The notes under the pieces are model-generated. The model did no database searches, was not told where the DNA came from, and saw only the letters and a list, made by a program, of their open reading frames with translations. A program made the translations under genes and the position numbers. A DNA stretch of 64,000 nt from Octopus sinensis (Eukaryota), in contig NC_043000.1 in the NCBI RefSeq assembly GCF_006345805.1, positions 117,242,001-117,306,000 of the forward strand, in the 5' to 3' direction. Positions 35,995-48,308 of this stretch are shown here, one piece after another (the first letter of the stretch is position 1; every line of letters starts with the position of its first letter).

Positions 35995-37290
35995 ATGGAC
36001 TCCCCCATCTCCTATTCACCCGTGTCAAGTGATGCAGGATCACCGGCGGTGTCGCCGAGGAAAAAAGAAACCCCAGCACCAGCTAGAAAATTTTATGAAG
36101 TAGCTGGGAAAAAATTTTTTTAAATTAACACTGAAAACCTGCAGAAATACGCAGACTGTTTGATAAAAGAGGGCACAGAAGTAACGGTGGTTACGAATGC
36201 CCAAAAGCAAGAAGAGATTTATAAAAAAAGAATAATATACAAGACTTTCAACATCACAAGTAAGTCTATACAAAGAATAGAGGAGAAAAAGATAGAAAAC
36301 TGCCTAAAACCGATATGGAATAAAATTACGTACATCAACCGCGGGAAGAAATACGGCACAGTGGAAGTGAGATTTGAAACGGAGGAAGTAGCCAAAAAGA
36401 TATCCATGGAACCCATGAAAGCGGAGAATATTGTTCTCCTCCCCCTGTATAGAGGCAAAAGAACCTCAAGGATAACAATGAACAATATTCCGCCAGAAGC
36501 GGACGCCACATGTCTGGTGGCAGCAGTTATGGTAAGCCTGGAGGAAAAAATAAACATCCTCCAGGCCACAGTAGAGGGGGAAGAAAATTGGAAAGGGCAG
36601 CGTATAACGATAGCCATCCAGGCAGAGATACAAACCCTGGAAGAGATTCCGGAGACACTGAAAATCAGTGAAGAGGAAAGAGTCACAGTCTTTGTAGAGG
36701 GCAGAAAGCCGAGATGCTTCGGCTGCGGTAAGAAAGGGCATGTAAGGGCTGAATGCCAACCCAAACCGCAGGAAGCAGCTCAGCCAGGTGGAAGAACAGA
36801 AGATGTGTCACCAGAAGCAGCGCCGGGCGGCCCAGAAGGGACGGCTGAAGGTGTGGAGGTGACAGAGGCAGCGGAACCGGCGGCGGAGGAAACAAAGAGC
36901 GAGGAAACGAAAAATGAGGAGGGGTGGCCAAAAATCACTAGGAAAAAAAGAAAAACTGAAACCACCCCTCCGAAAGTAAACCAAATGAAAAAAAGAGAGA
37001 CTTTAAACTCATTTATGGCCATTAAGGCGTCAAATAATAGACTAGTTAATGTGTTGGCAGCTATGGCCAAGGTAGAAAAAATTGGAAGGAGAAATGATCT
37101 CATATTGTATAGAATAGGCCGGAAGGATTACGAACGGATAAAGTCCGAATTTTTTCATGACGTGGGCCCTCTCAGAATGGATATATCATCACCATATATA
37201 TTCGAGGGTCTGCGTCAGACTCCCCCACGAGGCCCAGAAAAAGAGGAAAAAAATGAAGAAGAGAAAGGAAAAGTCGAACCACTGATATAA
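35995..37290 (+). pseudogene. Tx1 ORF1 (CCHC zinc knuckle) with one in-frame stop at 36121
   Basis: CFGCGKKGHVRAEC; ATG at 35995 is in frame with the ORF at 36160. Confidence 0.88.
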
Positions 37291-37298
37291 TGTAAGTC

Positions 37299-40200
37299 AT
37301 GGATTACATTTATGTTGGTTGTTTAAATGTGCGCGGCCTGGGATCAAGCTGGAAGCAAGGTCGCTTCCTTAATGATATCAGGTCGCGTAATTTGGATGTT
37401 ATTGTTGCTACAGAAACCCGGTTAGAGGGTCCAAGATGTCTACTCCCGCTGTTTGACGGCTACGAGAGTTTTGTCTCTCCGGCCAGTCCTACAGGTGGGG
37501 GTGGGGTGTTGGTCCTATTATAAAGAAACCGAGTTTTTGAGAAAAAGTTAATTTTTTCAGACCCAGAAGGTAGGCTGGTCGTCATGGATTTGACGTTCAG
37601 TAACGGTAAAGTTATCAGACTGGTTGCGATTTACGCACCCAACCAAAAAGGGCAAAGTGATTATTTTCGAGAACTGGAAAACTTTCTTGGTACTTCGCAT
37701 TCATTAGTTGTGCTAGGAGACTTTAACACAATTTGCAAAGCGGATGTAGATTGTGTTGGCTTGCGTCCAGATAGAAAAGGTAACATTGGCTTCCTGGAAC
37801 TGCTAAGCCGCTTTGAGCTAGCAGATCCTTATAGGTTGGAATTTCCGAATGCTCCATTGTGGACATGGTCAAACAGCGACGGATCTTCCAGGTCATACAT
37901 AGATAGGATACTAATTAGAAAAGTAGACAGAAAAATAGCTAAGTGTCCACAGTTTTACCTGGTCAGCTACAGTGATCATAAAATGGTCAGCTGTAAGCTT
38001 GACATAGATAAGGTTAAAAATAGAGGCTCCGGTTATTGGAAACTTAATACGTCCCTTTTGGCGATTAAGGAGTACAGAGACCGGATTAGGACTATAATTC
38101 AGAGGGCGTTATCTGGTGCCATCATTAATAACAAATGGTGGTATGCCCTCAAGCGAGCCATCAAATTCGAGTCTATTAGATATAGCATAGGATTAGTGGC
38201 TAGAGAGGCTAGGAGGGAATCTACTCTAGTTAAGGAATTAGAGGCAGCCTTGAAAACTGGCTCTGCGGCTCAGGTGACGGCCAAGAGACTGGCGTTAGAC
38301 CAGCACCTTGAGGCCAAACACATGGGCTGCATTGTCAGGGCTAGGATCCGCGCAATGGGTGGTGAAGGAATCAACGCTGTGAGATGGGCCCGAGTGGTGG
38401 AAGCTCAGCGTGGTAACGACGCCACGATTCGATCTATGACGAACCATAGTTGATAAACGGGCCCGAGGAGATGTGTGAGGCCTTTCAGGAGCACTTCGCT
38501 CAGCTTTTCGGTGAGTGCGGCGGACTGGATAGGAGGAGGGCCTTTACAGACCTCCTCGACGGGCTGCCGCGCTTATCGGGGCGAGATGCGGAGGGCTGTG
38601 AAGGGCCAATCACGCCTGGGGAGGTGGTTGAGGCGATGGCGGACTGCGGCGCGGGCAAGGCGCCGGGTTTAGATGGTCTACCCTATGAGTTATGTAAGAG
38701 TATACCAGACTTGTTCGGGCACCTACTGGCGGAGGTCTATGCGAACTGGCAGCAGAACAGGTTCATACCCAGATCTGTGCGCCGGGGAGTAGTGACACTC
38801 GTCAGAAAGGACTCGAGCAAGGGGGAGTGCATTGATCATTTCAGGCCCATCACTCTGCTAAACACAGAGTTGAAGATTTTGGCCAAAGTGTTATCGAAAA
38901 GATTGGCGCGTGTCGCGGATGGTCTTATCGGGGAAGCACAGACATGTGCCGTTCCCGGCAGAACCATTCAGGATAAGCTCCATCTTATGCGGTACACTAT
39001 AGAGGGGTTTAATAGTGATTCTGGTAAGGGTGGGGCACTGGTCCATTTAGACCAATCTAAAGCATTTGATAGGGTCGACCATCGCTACCTGGTATCTGCC
39101 CTGGCACAGTTCGGGCTGGGCCTTGGCTTCCTCAGGTGGATTATCCAAATTTACGACAACTTCGACTCGGTAGTTCGGGTGAACGGCTTTTTGTCGAAGC
39201 CGTTCAACATCAAGCGCTCGGTTCGTCAAGGGTGTCCGCTCTCCCCGCTTTTGTACGTGATGGCTCTTGAGCCATCACTGCGAAAACTGAGCGGCATCCT
39301 GAGACAGCCAGGTTGTGGAAAATCAGTGTCAGCGTACGCGGATGACATTACCATCATCGTAACCGAAATGGACCACCTACAGAGGGTAGGCAAGGCCATA
39401 GAGGTTTACGAGACGGTGACAGGAGCAAAAGTTAATCGCGAAAAGTCAGTCGGCTTGCAACTCGGCACCTGGAGAGGCAAGTCGATGCCTCCTGACAGCG
39501 TCGTGGGACGTTGGACGGAGGGTCCGATTAAGTTGCTAGGGGTTTGGTTCGTTCCAGACTTCCAAATAGAGAAGAATTGGGGCGAGGTATCGAGCAGGGT
39601 GGCTGCAGTAGCCAAGACCTGGTCTTGGCGGTAGCTATCCCTGAAAGGGAGGGCGGAGGTAGCCAATGTGTTTATCGCATCGGTTATCACCTACCGCCTT
39701 TCCGTCGTTCCTTGCCCTGATTCGTGGTTGATCAAGTTGGAAAGACAGCTCTTCTACTTCTTGTGGAAGGGCGGGAAACCACTTGTGAAACGCTCTACTT
39801 GCTGTCAACAACCGTTAAAGGGTGGGCTAAGGATGCCTTGTTTGATGATGCGCAGACATGCGCTGAGGTTAAGACATATGTGGCTCTACCTGGATGGTGA
39901 ACGGGTGTGGTCTCCGCTAGCAAAACTGATGTTTCCCAAGTTCACTAGTTTCGGTGGATGGGAAACCTGGCTGAATCGTAGATCGAAACTGGGCACATGG
40001 TACACGGAGTGTCGCAAGGCTCTCCTGCTATTCCGTCGCTCGGGCAACACCTGCGGTGGGGGTTCCACCACATTCTTCTATAGAGGGTTGGTAGAGGCGG
40101 AATGTGAAGATACCTTGGGGGAAACCCTGGGTCTCGACGATAATCAGCTGGCCAGTCTGTTCCGACGTACGTTCGAGCCGAAGACACTGGACAACTTCCA

Positions 40201-40687
40201 GAAATCTCTGGCATGGCAATGCTACAGAGGAGCTCTACCTGTTCGGGATAAACTCGCAAGGCACGGTGGCCAAGACAGTCCAATATGTCCAAGGTGCGAG
40301 CGGGATAGGGAAACCGTCCCGCACGCTATTGTTCATTGTTCGGTCGTGTTTGAGGTGTGGGTTTATGCCGAACAGCAGTTGTCAAGCACACGAAAAGTAC
40401 AGCTGTCGACTGAGTCTATTACAAAAATTGACCCACCAGATTTCCTCGCGAAAGAAGGTAAGAATTGTTTTCTTGTTGTAGTAGCAATTGCGAAAGAGGT
40501 GATATGGAAGACGAGAATGAAAGGTTTACGGTCAGGCAAGTTCATCTCCGGCATTGGATTGATGAATTACTTCATCTTTCACCTGAAAAGGAAGATAGAG
40601 CTGGAGAGAAAATGCCTGACTAAGAGAGTGTACGAAGAACGATGGAAAGATGTAGCACGAAAGTTGCGAGTGGATGATACCACATAA
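37299..40687 (+). pseudogene. Tx1 ORF2: APE endonuclease + RT + C-terminal zinc finger; 2 stops and 1 frameshift
   Basis: CLNVRGL, ATETR, GDFN, SYSDH, GYWKLN, APGLDGLP, LDQSKAFDRV, RQGCPLSPLLY, YADD and CPRC...H...C motifs. Confidence 0.94.
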
Positions 40688-41122
40688 ATGTAAAACTAGA
40701 CGAAACCAAAGTATCAGTGGGGAGGCGGGGCTCATGGGGTCCGAGCTAAACCCGCTCCCACTCCATCCGTAATGTCTTCCGGTCTGTTCCTCATTCGATT
40801 TTTGCTATTTTTGTAATTTTTGTAAATTTTTAAATTCGCCTTTTTTGTAATCCCATTCGCTAATCTGACCCCACATCAGGTTGTATTGTCCCCTCTATGT
40901 TTGCCCCTAGTGGGTAATAATAATACAATTCCAGTCTGTTATATATTTTGAGTATTGTTATCACGAGCGATATTAAGATATAACTTTGTAGTTTGCATTT
41001 TTTGTGTAGATGTATATATATAGATGTACATGTAATATGTACACATATATATACACATATATACATGCACTAGCACTATGACCCGGCAATGACGGGTCTT
41101 TAATGCTAGTATATATATACAT

Positions 41123-41167
<45 letters not shown>

Positions 41168-41790
41168 CAACTTTCAGGGAGAATAGTGGTTTGTTGAGAC
41201 AGAAGGTTGTGGATTACTTTTGTATCGAAGAACGATAAGCTGAAAAAAGACATACTTATATATTCTATTATAAAATCAATTGATGTAATTCTACTGTTAC
41301 TTTGCTGAGGCATTCTGATTTGCTTTTCTAAGACATCATATGCTGCTCGCTTTCATATACGAGATTTATTCGTTTGCAAGTAATAACGTTTTTGTATAAT
41401 CTAACGTGTCATTTCTACGGATTACGATAAGCAATGCAGATAGCAGCTTATACTTCTTTCTTCATGTCAACAGTATTCATTCAAGTAACACATACAGTCG
41501 TGTGCAATTCTGTTATTTTACTGATTTCATTTACATTCGTTTCCAAATTTCGTGTTTGCATTACAATTTGTAATGACAACAACGCTTCGTCAGTCAACAG
41601 TTTTTTCTGCTTTATATCGAAGGCTTTATTACTTATAGTGTACTTATTTATATTATAATGATATAATTATTTTATATTATTTATATTATTGTAGATATGT
41701 CAAGCCTTCATTGGCATAATATCTATTTATGTGATAGTTTTGTGTCGATATCAACAAAGTTACTATTGTTATAGACATGGAATCAGGACG

Positions 41791-41826
<36 letters not shown>

Positions 41827-41859
41827 ATATATAAATGAAAGAATGGAGTTGAACGACGG

Positions 41860-43501
41860 AATCTATATTCTCAATGAATTGGCCGACCAATTCCGGAAAT
41901 CTGCGGCGGTCTGTATCGAGATGATTGTCTACTTTACCTACAGAATGCTCCGAACAATATGATACAGAAGACTAAAAACAGATTAGCTAGATTTTTTTAG
42001 CAGAATGGGCTTGAGCATAGTTTTCGACGACGAATTAACTAAAGCCAACTTCTTAGATGTTACCCTAAATCTGCAGAATAATTCTTACTTCCCTTATCAT
42101 AAGCCTTCTACTAATCTTAAATATATCAGCATTTTCAGTAACCATGCCAAAACAATCACCGATAATTTAGTTAAACATATATCCTTAAGACTATCAAATT
42201 TATCTGCTAATGTCGACATCTTTAACCAAAAAGCGGAATTTTATAACGCCGCCTTGTCAAAAGCCGGTTATAGAGATAAGGTATCATATATCGACCCGGC
42301 CCATTCTAAACCAATATATGCTTCTCAGGATAAGAAAACTAATAACAATAGAAATAATGTAAATAATGATTTCAGCTCTAACAACGTCGACACCACTATA
42401 CTTAACAAAATTAATTTACGGACCAGGGGAGGCAATCGGAAACCAACAACAATTCTCCAGCACAGAAATACTCCCTTTAATGTAAATGGTAACACTCTGA
42501 ACTATTCTAAGTAAAAAAAAAACTATATCTGGTTTGTCATTTCTTTCGGGAAACAAATCAGGTCTAACCTCCCTTTACAGTTCCGTGAAGCCGTAGCTAG
42601 GAACTTTCCCATGAATTCTAGGTATTACTCTACTATCAATTCGCATAAGGTAAGGATTGCATTCTCCAACACTAGAAATCTATCGCAGATCATTGCCTCC
42701 CATAATAACAAGCTGCTAAATAAGGACTCATCACCCGGGAGTAGCGACACTGCCCTTACCAATTCCAACCAAACATACAATAATAATAATAATAGAAATA
42801 GTATTGATAATAGCAACATTCATAGCAGCGTTGGCATTAACAATAGTAATATTAATAATAATATTAGTCGGATTATTAACAGTGGTAGTGTTAGTGGTAA
42901 TAACGACAGCATTTTTAATAACAGAGGTAGTATTGATGATAACAACCCCAGCATTCCTATAGTCAGGGAAATTGCCGACGATAGTACAATTAATAATAAT
43001 GATTATAATAGGAATAGTATTGTGGCCAATGCTAGCAATAATATTAACACCAATCATAACAATAAAAACTCCGTCTTAGTCTCGGAGGTAAACCCTAACA
43101 GATTAAAGTTCTTATCCAGCAATTCCAAAATTAGAAATTCCATTTACCAGTGCAAAATTTCTTCCGGTACCGATGTCTTCTTCTACATTGGGGCAACTAC
43201 TTCTAAATTAGCCCACAGGATCTCCAATCATTATTCAACTTTCCGAGATAAGAGAAAACAACACAGCACAGGACTAAGTAAATTAGCTTGGCGTCTTAAG
43301 GACAGCAATACAACTTTCAGGCTGGAATGGTCCATATTGTCGGTATCCTTTCCGTTTGATAAGGGCAGAAAATTTTGTGGCGTCTGTAATTCCGAACTTT
43401 TCCATATATTGTTCGCCAAAGTCCCTTTAATAAATACAATGGTCGAAAAATCCTATAGGTGCATGCACTGGCAAAAACACACCTTTCACTCATATGAATA
43501 A
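41860..43501 (+). pseudogene. PLE RT (partial) + linker + GIY-YIG endonuclease
   Basis: GLYRDD at 41908-41925, FLDVTLNL, SNH, YIWF, SIYQ...FYIGAT...RISNH, CGVCNSE and CMH. 42005-43501 is one frame with a single TAA at 42512. Confidence 0.88.
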
Positions 43502-44044
43502 TGATTAATATAGATAACCTCCTTGAATTTTAATAATATAGTCCCATTTATATAACACCCCCATAGTCAATTTTTATACTCTTAAAGGACTACTACCCAA
43601 TCCATTGAGGTATGTTTTACCTTTGTTTCTCTACCTCGCCCTCCTCTCTCTCTCTTTCCTTCTCTCTATCGTAAGCACAATCAAACACACAGACACAAAC
43701 CTGTCACTTCACCACTGTCTGTTTTTGGCATCTACCCAACCACACACACAATCACGCACACACATAGACATTAATGCAGTTATATACATACACACACATA
43801 GGCACTTATTCACAAAAGAAAACAACAAAATCACCATTCATATGACCTGCACCCTATCACCTTCCTATTCTTAGGCTTCTCTCCTCCAACCTTGTTTGAA
43901 CCCTTGAACCTTCTAGAATCTTCTACATTCAACCATTTTTGACGTCACTGCTTATAACGGAATATTTTAAAGAAACATTCATTATCGCTATGGGCTCCGT
44001 GTGGGCAGTCATCTAAAGGTTTTTGTGCATCTTGATGCTGACAT

Positions 44045-44148
44045 AAATTCCTTGTTTTCCTGATGAGAAGGCGGCATAATGCACCCCTTATTCCTTCGAA
44101 ATTAGGAATATGCAGCCTTCGAAACATATGTCGAAAATAAAGGAATTT
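44045..44148 (+). ncRNA. Type I hammerhead ribozyme in the PLE pLTR
   Basis: ttttc-CTGATGA-gaaggc[42 nt]gccttc-GAAA-catatg-TC-gaaaa with extended helix I; predicted cleavage after C44132. Confidence 0.88.
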
Positions 44149-44370
44149 TGTTAATTCGTCGTTCAACTCCATTCTTTCATTTATTTGTATTTAAAAAAAC
44201 ACACAAATTTCCACACGAAAGCACGGGATCTCTGCCCTAGGCATGTAGCTTCAACCGTGTTTTTCTGACGTGAATTTGCTACCAATGTATCGGTTAACCG
44301 AATTATCCATAATAAGATAATTCATTCAACTACTCAAATATTTATATATACATATATATACATATATAGT

Positions 44371-44597
44371 TTATAGATGAGATCCAGGTATTCAGATACC
44401 GAACAAGGATTCTGGATTATTTTTCCTGTTTTTTACTTAATTTTTGAGAGCGGTCGTGTTCAATTTTAGTATTCTCGTTTGTGCGAGCAGTCGAGTTTAT
44501 TTCAAATATTCTCATTTTAGAAATAATTTCCAGCTAATCGTTGAGAGGACATTGGTGTTTCCTTGGCGGAGGTTTGCGCTCTCTGAGTGCTCTTGTT
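44371..44597 (+). mobile_element. Short Helitron/Helentron-like non-autonomous element, 3' part
   Basis: Ends ttggcggaggtttgcgctctctgagtgctcttgtt, resembling a recalled Helitron-N 3' terminus. Confidence 0.4.
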
Positions 44598-44678
44598 ATT
44601 ATTATTATTATTAGTATTATTAGTATTATTATTAGTATTAATATTATCATTACTATTAGTATTATTATTATTACTATT

Positions 44679-44717
<39 letters not shown>

Positions 44718-44730
44718 TTATTATCATTAC

Positions 44731-44766
<36 letters not shown>

Positions 44767-45010
44767 TATTACTATTATTATCATTATTATTATCATTATT
44801 ATTATCATTATTATTATTATTATTTATTATTATTATTTTATTATTATTATTATTATTATTTTATTATTATTATTATTTTATTATTATTATTATTATTTTA
44901 TTATTATTATTATTATTATCATTATTATTTTATAATTAATTATTATTATTATTTTATTATTATTATTTTTTATTATTATTATTATTATTTTATTATTATT
45001 ATTATCATTA

Positions 45011-45044
<34 letters not shown>

Positions 45045-45082
45045 TAATTTTTATTATTATTACTATTATTATTTTATTTTTA

Positions 45083-45119
<37 letters not shown>

Positions 45120-45156
45120 TACTATTACTATTATTATTATTATTATATTATTATTA
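44596..45156. repeat. ~560 bp imperfect (ATT)n microsatellite
   Basis: Directly visible. Confidence 0.95.
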
Positions 45157-45159
45157 TGT

Positions 45160-46525
45160 GTTTGGCTTTTGCTTTGTCTTTGTACAAGTTGACTCCAAGT
45201 CTTATCCAGAGACCTCAAAATACAACAAGGTAGAAGTTCAAGTTGGTGTTATGACTAGGGTGCCATATTTTTGGTTTTGCACAATGTATTGTTCTGGAGA
45301 AGGACTGTCAAACAAGTAAATTAGTAAATTACTTTTAAAAGTAATTTCTTTATAAGATGATAATCTGATGCTAAGATGACAGTAAAAAAGTGATTGCTAT
45401 CACGTATATTTAAAAATATACTGACACTGCTCACATGAAAATGCTTTTGGGATTACATAGACAATATTTTAGATAGGATAAGAGCATTTCCCATGAGCAT
45501 TACTTTTTCAATTTCTTCCATTTTTGGATTTCTTGGTATCTGAGATAAGCAGCAATCAGCCCCTTTTGCTATCCGTCCTAGGGCACCAGAGACAACAGGT
45601 ACTGTTTCTGTCTTGAGGTTCCATATTTTGCCAATTTCTATTTCAAGATCTTTATACTTGCCCAGTTTTTGGTAGGCCATGAGAAATTCATTTATGTCGA
45701 CTAAGACAATTATATCGATGAGGATGTAAGATTTTTGTCTGGAATCCTTCAGCATAATGTCAGGCCTCAAGGCGGCGAGCTGGCAGAAACGTTAGCACGT
45801 AGGGCGAAATACTTAGCAGTATTTCGTCTGTCGTTACGTTCTGAATTCAAATTCCGCCGAGGTCGACTTTGCCTTTCATTCTTTCGAGGTCGATTAAGTA
45901 AGTACCAGTTAAGCACTGGGGTCGATATAATCGACTTAATCCGTTTATCTGTCCTTGTTTGTCCCCTCTGTGTGTAGCTCTTTGTTGGTAGTAAAGAAGT
46001 AGGTATTTCGTCTGCCGCTACGTTCTGAGTTCAAATTCTGCCGAAGTCGACTTTGCCTTTCATCCTTTCAAGGACGATGATTAATAAGTACCAGCTACGC
46101 ACTGGGGTCAATGTAATCGACTTAATCTGTTTGTCTGTCCTTGTTTGTCCCCTCTATGTTTAGCCCTTTGTGGGCAATAAAGAAGTAATAATGTCAGGCC
46201 TACTTGCATCTATCGTTTTGTCAGTTTGAATAGGAAAGTTCCTAAGGAGTGAGAACACTGGATGTGGTTTACGTTTCCACCAGTTTTAATCATGGGGCAG
46301 GTCCAAGTCTTTGCAAATTACTCAGTGAATATGCTGTGCTGCTCTATCATGCCTGTGGAGATACCCTGTAGGCGCAAGAAGGCTGCACATGGAGATAATA
46401 TGATCGATGGTTTCATTCTGTCGTTTACATACGCGACATGCTGGGCTACTGCCGTCCTTTAAGATGTTGGCCTGGTAGTCCCTTGTAGGTAGGGATTGAT
46501 CTTGGGCTGCTATGATAAATCCTGA
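45160..46525 (-). mobile_element. R4/Dong-clade LINE 3' fragment between (TAA)n tracts, split by SINE B
   Basis: GFIIAAQDQSLPTR, CRVCKRQNETIDHIISMC and RPDIMLKD...LIDI...KYKDL (restriction-like endonuclease). The 3' UTR boundary is approximate. Confidence 0.82.
45768..46187 (+). mobile_element. SINE B1 dimer
   Basis: 14 bp TSD ataatgtcaggcct at 45754-45767 and 46188-46201. Confidence 0.92.
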
Positions 46526-46535
46526 AGAAGAAGAC

Positions 46536-46594
<59 letters not shown>

Positions 46595-46655
46595 GTAATA
46601 AAATAATAATAATAATAATAAAATAATAATAATAATAAAATAATAATAATAGTAA

Positions 46656-46724
<69 letters not shown>

Positions 46725-46733
46725 AAGAAGAAG

Positions 46734-46773
<40 letters not shown>

Positions 46774-46775
46774 GG
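46520..46775. repeat. Compound (TAA)n/(GAA)n/(CAA)n
   Basis: Directly visible. Confidence 0.93.
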
Positions 46776-47181
46776 CCAATCATGGAAATCTCCAGGCATA
46801 AACAACATAACTAATTTTTGTTCGCCGATACTATCATCCATGTTTAAAATATTTATGAATCTTCTTAACTAAATTATGCTAGCACCAGTTAAAAGAACAA
46901 TGTTTACGCGAAGGAGAAAAAATACAGCATTCAAAAGCAATATATATGAAAACGAATCGCTGGCTTTTCTGCCAAAATTAGAAAGATTTGTTACTATTAA
47001 TATTTTAGTCTCCTTTGCACATGATGAGTCTTTAATTATTACCTACGAGAAGCAAAGTTAAGTAATATATTATTTGAGGTATCTCAGCGTGTGCGCAAGG
47101 TCTCTTTTATTGAACTTCTAGTATTATAGTTAGTAAACATAAATCACAACACTTCCAGAGAAAATTATTGAAAATGATTTT

Positions 47182-47651
47182 AGGCGTAGGAGTGGCTGTG
47201 TGGTAAGTAGCTTGCTTACCAATCACATGGTTCCAGGTTCAGTCCCACTGCATGGCACCTTGGGCAAGTGTCTTCTACTATTGCCTCGGGCCGACCAAAG
47301 CCTTGTGAGTGGATTTGGTAGACAAGAAACTGAATGAAGCCCGTCGTCTACATGTAGGTATATATATATATGTGTGTGTGTGTATAAATATATATGTATA
47401 TATGTGTGTGTGAGTGTGTGTGTGTGTGTGTGTGTGTTTGTGTATCTGTGTTTGTCCCTCCAACATCGCTTGACAACCGATGCGGGTGCGTTTACGTCTC
47501 CCTAAATTAACGGTTCGGCAAAAGTGACTGATAGAATAAGTACTAGGCTTACAAAGAATAAGTATTGGGGTCGATTTGCTCACTAAAGGCGGTGCTCCAG
47601 CATGGCCACAGTGAATTGACTGAAACAAGTAAAAGAGTAAAAGAGTAAAAG
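47182..47651 (+). mobile_element. SINE family A
   Basis: Full-length match. Confidence 0.9.
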
Positions 47652-47920
47652 AGAAACTCTCAGAATTTTTGTCAAGACAGAAATTCGAAAAGCGATTTCA
47701 GAAAATTTAAACACAAAAGATTTTAGCATTGAAAGTTGCGCACAGTAAACTGTATACCGAAAAATAGGAAGGGAAAAGGAGTAGGGACCTTTCGGGTAAG
47801 AGTGGAGTAACAAGCAGGATAAAAGAAACAAGAAAAGAAAGGATACCTATTTGAAGCACGTATGTGTCCTACTACTACATGTGAATTTGTATATATAAAC
47901 ACTTACAAGTTAATACTAAT

Positions 47921-48308
47921 AGGCGTAAGAGTGGCTTTGTGGTAAGTAGCTTGTCTACCAACCACATATTTCCGGGTTCTGTCCCACTGCGTGGCACCTT
48001 GGGCAAGTGTCTTCTACTATAGCCTCGGGCCGACCAAAGCCTTGTGAGTGGATTTGGTAGACGGAAACTGAAAGAGTCCCGTCGTATATATGTTTATGCA
48101 TGTATGTGTGTGTATGTGTTTGTGTGTCTGTGTTTGTCCACCTCCAGCATCGCTTGACAACCGATACTGGTGTGTTTACGTCCCCGACAACAGAAACTGG
48201 TAGAATAAGTACTGGGCTTCCAAAGAATAAGTCCTGGGGTCGATTTGCTCGACTAAAGGCGGTGCTCCAGCATGGCCACAGTCAAATGACTGAAACAAGT
48301 AAAAGAGT
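47921..48308 (+). mobile_element. SINE family A
   Basis: Full-length match with a small internal deletion. Confidence 0.88.

Larger units (their letters stand above)
35747..40929 (+). mobile_element. Full-length Tx1-clade (L1 group) LINE
   Basis: 5' UTR, ORF1, ORF2 and 3' UTR; 19 bp direct repeat acaattccagtctgttata at 35742-35760 and 40925-40943. Confidence 0.93.
32444..41109 (+). mobile_element. Non-autonomous Helitron containing the Tx1 array
   Basis: A|TCTTTATATATATAG 5' end; 3' hairpin gacccg-gcaatga-cgggtc (41080-41098) then CTAG|T; internal ~150 bp tandem duplication at about 32495-32790. Confidence 0.75.
41831..44184 (+). mobile_element. 5'-truncated Penelope-like element (GIY-YIG; YRDD type, probably Naiad-like)
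   Basis: RT C-terminal half + GIY-YIG + pLTR with hammerhead; 28 bp inverted terminal match between 41831-41858 and 44157-44184. Confidence 0.88.

Noticed and set aside
37299-40687. Higher-GC block as possible contamination or horizontal transfer
   Set aside because: Fully explained as Tx1 ORF2 with a direct-repeat flank and a tail shared with resident SINEs.
41860-43501. Selenocysteine recoding, as recalled for some Naiad PLEs
   Set aside because: The interruptions in the RT/EN frames are TAG and TAA, not TGA, and no SECIS was recognised.
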